Origin: Ophelia neglecta
Lineage: Eukaryota
Reading direction: 5' to 3'
Assembly: GCA_965285935.1 (NCBI GenBank)
Contig: OZ260662.1
Location: 44,268,001-44,332,000, forward strand
DNA: 64,000 bases
Part shown: one piece after another, positions 63,101 to 64,000 of the stretch
Position numbering within the stretch: the first letter of the stretch is position 1
Layout of the letters: each line of letters opens with the position of its first letter
The notes under the pieces: generated by a model
What the model saw: the letters and a program-made list of their open reading frames with translations, nothing else
Told to the model about the DNA's origin: nothing
Database searches by the model: none
Program-made: the position numbers and the translations under genes

Positions 63101-63393
63101 CAATATTTGTTATATTCAGCTTCCACCACTCCCAATATTTCCTCTACCTGAGTGCGACTTCTCCTCAAAGTGGCAATGTCTTCTGTTTCAGTGAGCAGCG
63201 TGGATAGCTGTCCAGCAGCCTTGCGCCATGCGGATATAGCAGAGCGGTAATTTCTCCTCGAGACATCTAAATTATAAGCCACACCCTTTTCTGTGAGAGT
63301 ACGCACGCGTTCGCGATCTTCGCGGGACACATTTTCGGTTTGAGGCCCCCCACTAGCCTGTGTCAAATTATCCTGGTCATGAGCAGTTGCCAT
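57172..63393 (-). CDS. BEL/Pao gag-pol polyprotein, 2073 aa from ATG 63393
   Basis: Three Cys/His knuckles (CICCGKGHDVDTC, CFGCLRTGHRSKFC, CQICSKRHPTSLH), protease LLDTQS, RT YIPHHGV/YVDD, RNase H FSDAS/PRLEL/WTDS/NPAD, integrase HHCC and GVDPFGP/CDRGTNF/GGVWER. Confidence 0.97.
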   Translation of the reverse strand: MATAHDQDNLTQASGGPQTENVSREDRERVRTLTEKGVAYNLDVSRRNYRSAISAWRKAAGQLSTLLTETEDIATLRRSRTQVEEILGVVEAEYNKYCSILSQADPDEKERLFDQYDAIERDHFNLMGLCTNVMLDLEEAGSMISKRSSTSNRGQGSRVSHRSQESAVSMMSRQADIAAKAAALKAELRYIEAEAKQRAEAERLRTLKEIDVAEARFKAIAKLASATTQEVSNQPKLPDVPDGRKLLLDQYLQSVEKKESLPDKAVQDVVPSRDDLPNDDQLPQKVTPAPCEYLPIESSEHGGLQLPEEEDTGGSQVPERCSSAALSQVGSRGDLVHLLRSVLNAGRLPMPEPGVFTGDPLEYPGWKESFGTLIERKGIPHPEKIHFLRRYLGGPAKQAVEGFLLLSNGGAFEEAKALLDQRYGDPFLIAKAFRDKLERWPRVPPRDGTALRSYGDFLGQCEVAMKSIDSLNVLNDDRENQKMLQKLPDWVVARWGRVVFETKETSGTFPTFHKFVKFITKEADIACDPVTSLQGLKVKDRVADSEGYAKKKNTRTSGARALTTLAGELKKKTEKVDMDPCICCGKGHDVDTCKVFLKKSVDERKDMARDCGLCFGCLRTGHRSKFCKNRKTCQICSKRHPTSLHGNTGQPANVSQSGAGSSRKSVAGETDGESSILNKADQAVASVDGPTQPGYPVGWSTADETAAQVHWSGKPQPHVSHFNSVGPGRKCSLTVPVWVSHSNGPGVEVLTYALLDTQSDTTFILQETCDLLGLQGPQVTLLLSTMSAKSQRVESSRIEGLKVRGFDQETSEQISLPPAYTREIMPANLSHIPTPELAKQWPHLSRIANKLMPLSNCGVGMLIGYNCARALTPREVIPPVGNGPFAQRTDLGWGIVGMMDPDNQEDCLSDRIGVSHHVGQLYGSVVSFRTSIKEELTPFQVTSLLESDFRDTKGEDKLVSLEDRSFLAKLEKGIHQDRDQHYEIPLPFRGPEPSLPNNHNMAFYRIKQLERRFKGNPDFLQDYTSFMNDLLDRGYAERVPETQIAREDGHLWYIPHHGVYHAKKKKIRIVFDCSARFRGQSLNDHLLQGPDQLNALFGVLCRFREEPVAFICDIKQMFHQFRVSPEHRDYLRFIWWDAQGTLVPYRMKVHIFGAVSSPGCAAYGLRQVVKDHGSEFDPEVSEFVLRNFYVDDGLKSVQTSDVAVSLISQTKALCAKGGLQLHKFVSSSASVIDAVPEEDRTTGLASIEFSDNAMPIERALGIQWSISSDSFQFRITLKDNPLTRRGILSTVCSVYDPLGFIAPIILVGKQILQEMCRSHADWDSPLPDELRPKWERWREGLFLLQSLNIPRCYKPQGFGEVKYVQFHNFSDASLTGYGQCSYIRLVDVSDRVHCSLVMGKARVTPLRQITVPRLELNAAVVSVKVSCKLRRELNYSDASHWFWTDSRVVLGYIGNDARRFHIFVANRIQLIRDSSEPSQWHHVSTDQNPADEGSRGMNPVEFLERSRWLTGPDFLWEQDIPALQEDHAGQSVSQTDPEIRSAATHTTQSLPETDMLRRLTRFSDWHKLKRAVAVCLKLKSILLSRSRQGRTTGEDRSTYLPVQTKDLISAETEIVKFTQKESFLCELELLESLDVRDDADRRSTQIRKKSLRKSSSLYRLDPFLDGDGVMRVGGRLRLSDFSTGIKHPVILPRRHHITTLVIRYFHQLCEHQGRGLTTNTIRSNGFWIVGCSGAVAEYISKCVVCRKLHSQTQLQKMADLPQDRLDPSPPFTYSGVDPFGPWRIKEGRREVKRYAVLFTCLASRAVHVEVASWLTTDSFINALRRFFALRGPIRELRCDRGTNFVGADNELRKSVEEMDTDQIRNFLLQRECDLFDFNMNFPHSSHMGGVWERQIRSIRRVLDALLNHAGLQLDDECLRTLMAEAAAVVNSRPLTVQNLNDPASAEPLTPNHLLTMKSRNLLPPPGVFPPEDLYARKRWRRVQHLANEFWHRWRREYLQNLQVRQRWCRPSRDMAVGDVVIIKEEAPRNQWPMAIIKEVFPGSDGHVRRVRLKVGDTYLERPIHKVVLLVESN

Positions 63394-64000
63394 TACAAAC
63401 CGATATGCCCAGGTACACAATATACACTGCTGGAAATACAGGTCATATCTCAAAATCAAATACAAAATAGACACTCAGAAACACAATGCAGATAAATCAG
63501 GCAACTCAAGCAGACAAAAATATCAAAGGTGACCCGCAAAGGTAATCAAGACAGTATTGCAATATAATTTGTCACTCAGTCTACAAGCAGAAATGATATG
63601 CAAAGACACTGCAATGATACAACAAGTATAAAACACACAAAATTATGAAAGCCACAATACTACTTTGTAATCTACCTATGTGGACATAAAGCTCAGTCAC
63701 ATGTAATTCACAATTTCACAAATATACAGTTACACTCAGTGACAGTTTACTAGTGAGTAAATTTTCAACTTAATCACAGCTATAAACACTGAACTGAAGT
63801 GGTCAAGTAGTGTAGACATGCTTGTATATGCTTTACATAGCGTGGAATACATATTATATATGTGAACACAAAATCACCAGATTTACAGTAAATACCACCA
63901 GTGTGCAAGTGCAACGCATTCTACCCTCATTTAATACAGCAATCCTCCGACGATACAGGCTCCTCAGACGGCTGGCCTCACAAAGCTCGCTGCTACAGAG

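Larger units (their letters stand above)
56542..64000 (-). mobile_element. BEL/Pao LTR retrotransposon, 5' end beyond window
   Basis: Uninterrupted gag-PR-RT-RH-IN ORF, PPT and 3' LTR. Confidence 0.95.

Noticed and set aside
1-64000. CRISPR arrays, rRNA, tRNA
   Set aside because: No repeat-spacer array or recognisable RNA gene seen; the DNA is eukaryotic and spliced.

Overview
Eukaryotic, AT-rich, intron-containing DNA, most likely from an invertebrate animal (inferred). Four spliced genes can be rebuilt with consistent exon phases: an SLC16/MCT transporter (+, 1086-4919, 516 aa), an SLC25 carnitine/ornithine-carrier-like gene (-, 9628-7332, 306 aa) and two tandem paralogous five-EF-hand calcium-binding genes with identical exon sizes (-, 17133-11355 and 37665-28992, 195 aa each). 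Two introns need GC-AG splicing. The right end holds an intact-ORF BEL/Pao LTR retrotransposon with its 3' LTR. There are also several MITEs/TIR elements, a DIRS relic and a LINE relic. The main unexplained structure is about 14.0-27.5 kb, which looks non-coding in the ORF track. Read across stops and frameshifts, it resolves into a tightly packed, apparently intronless, uniformly decayed cassette of extrinsic-apoptosis/immune genes: a caspase (QACR motif), a DED+caspase-like gene, tandem DEDs, six or seven TNF-receptor-like genes and a class A GPCR. That gene set resembles the immune-modulator kit of large DNA viruses or cargo-carrying giant transposons. These relic calls come from motif recognition by eye and need HMM confirmation.
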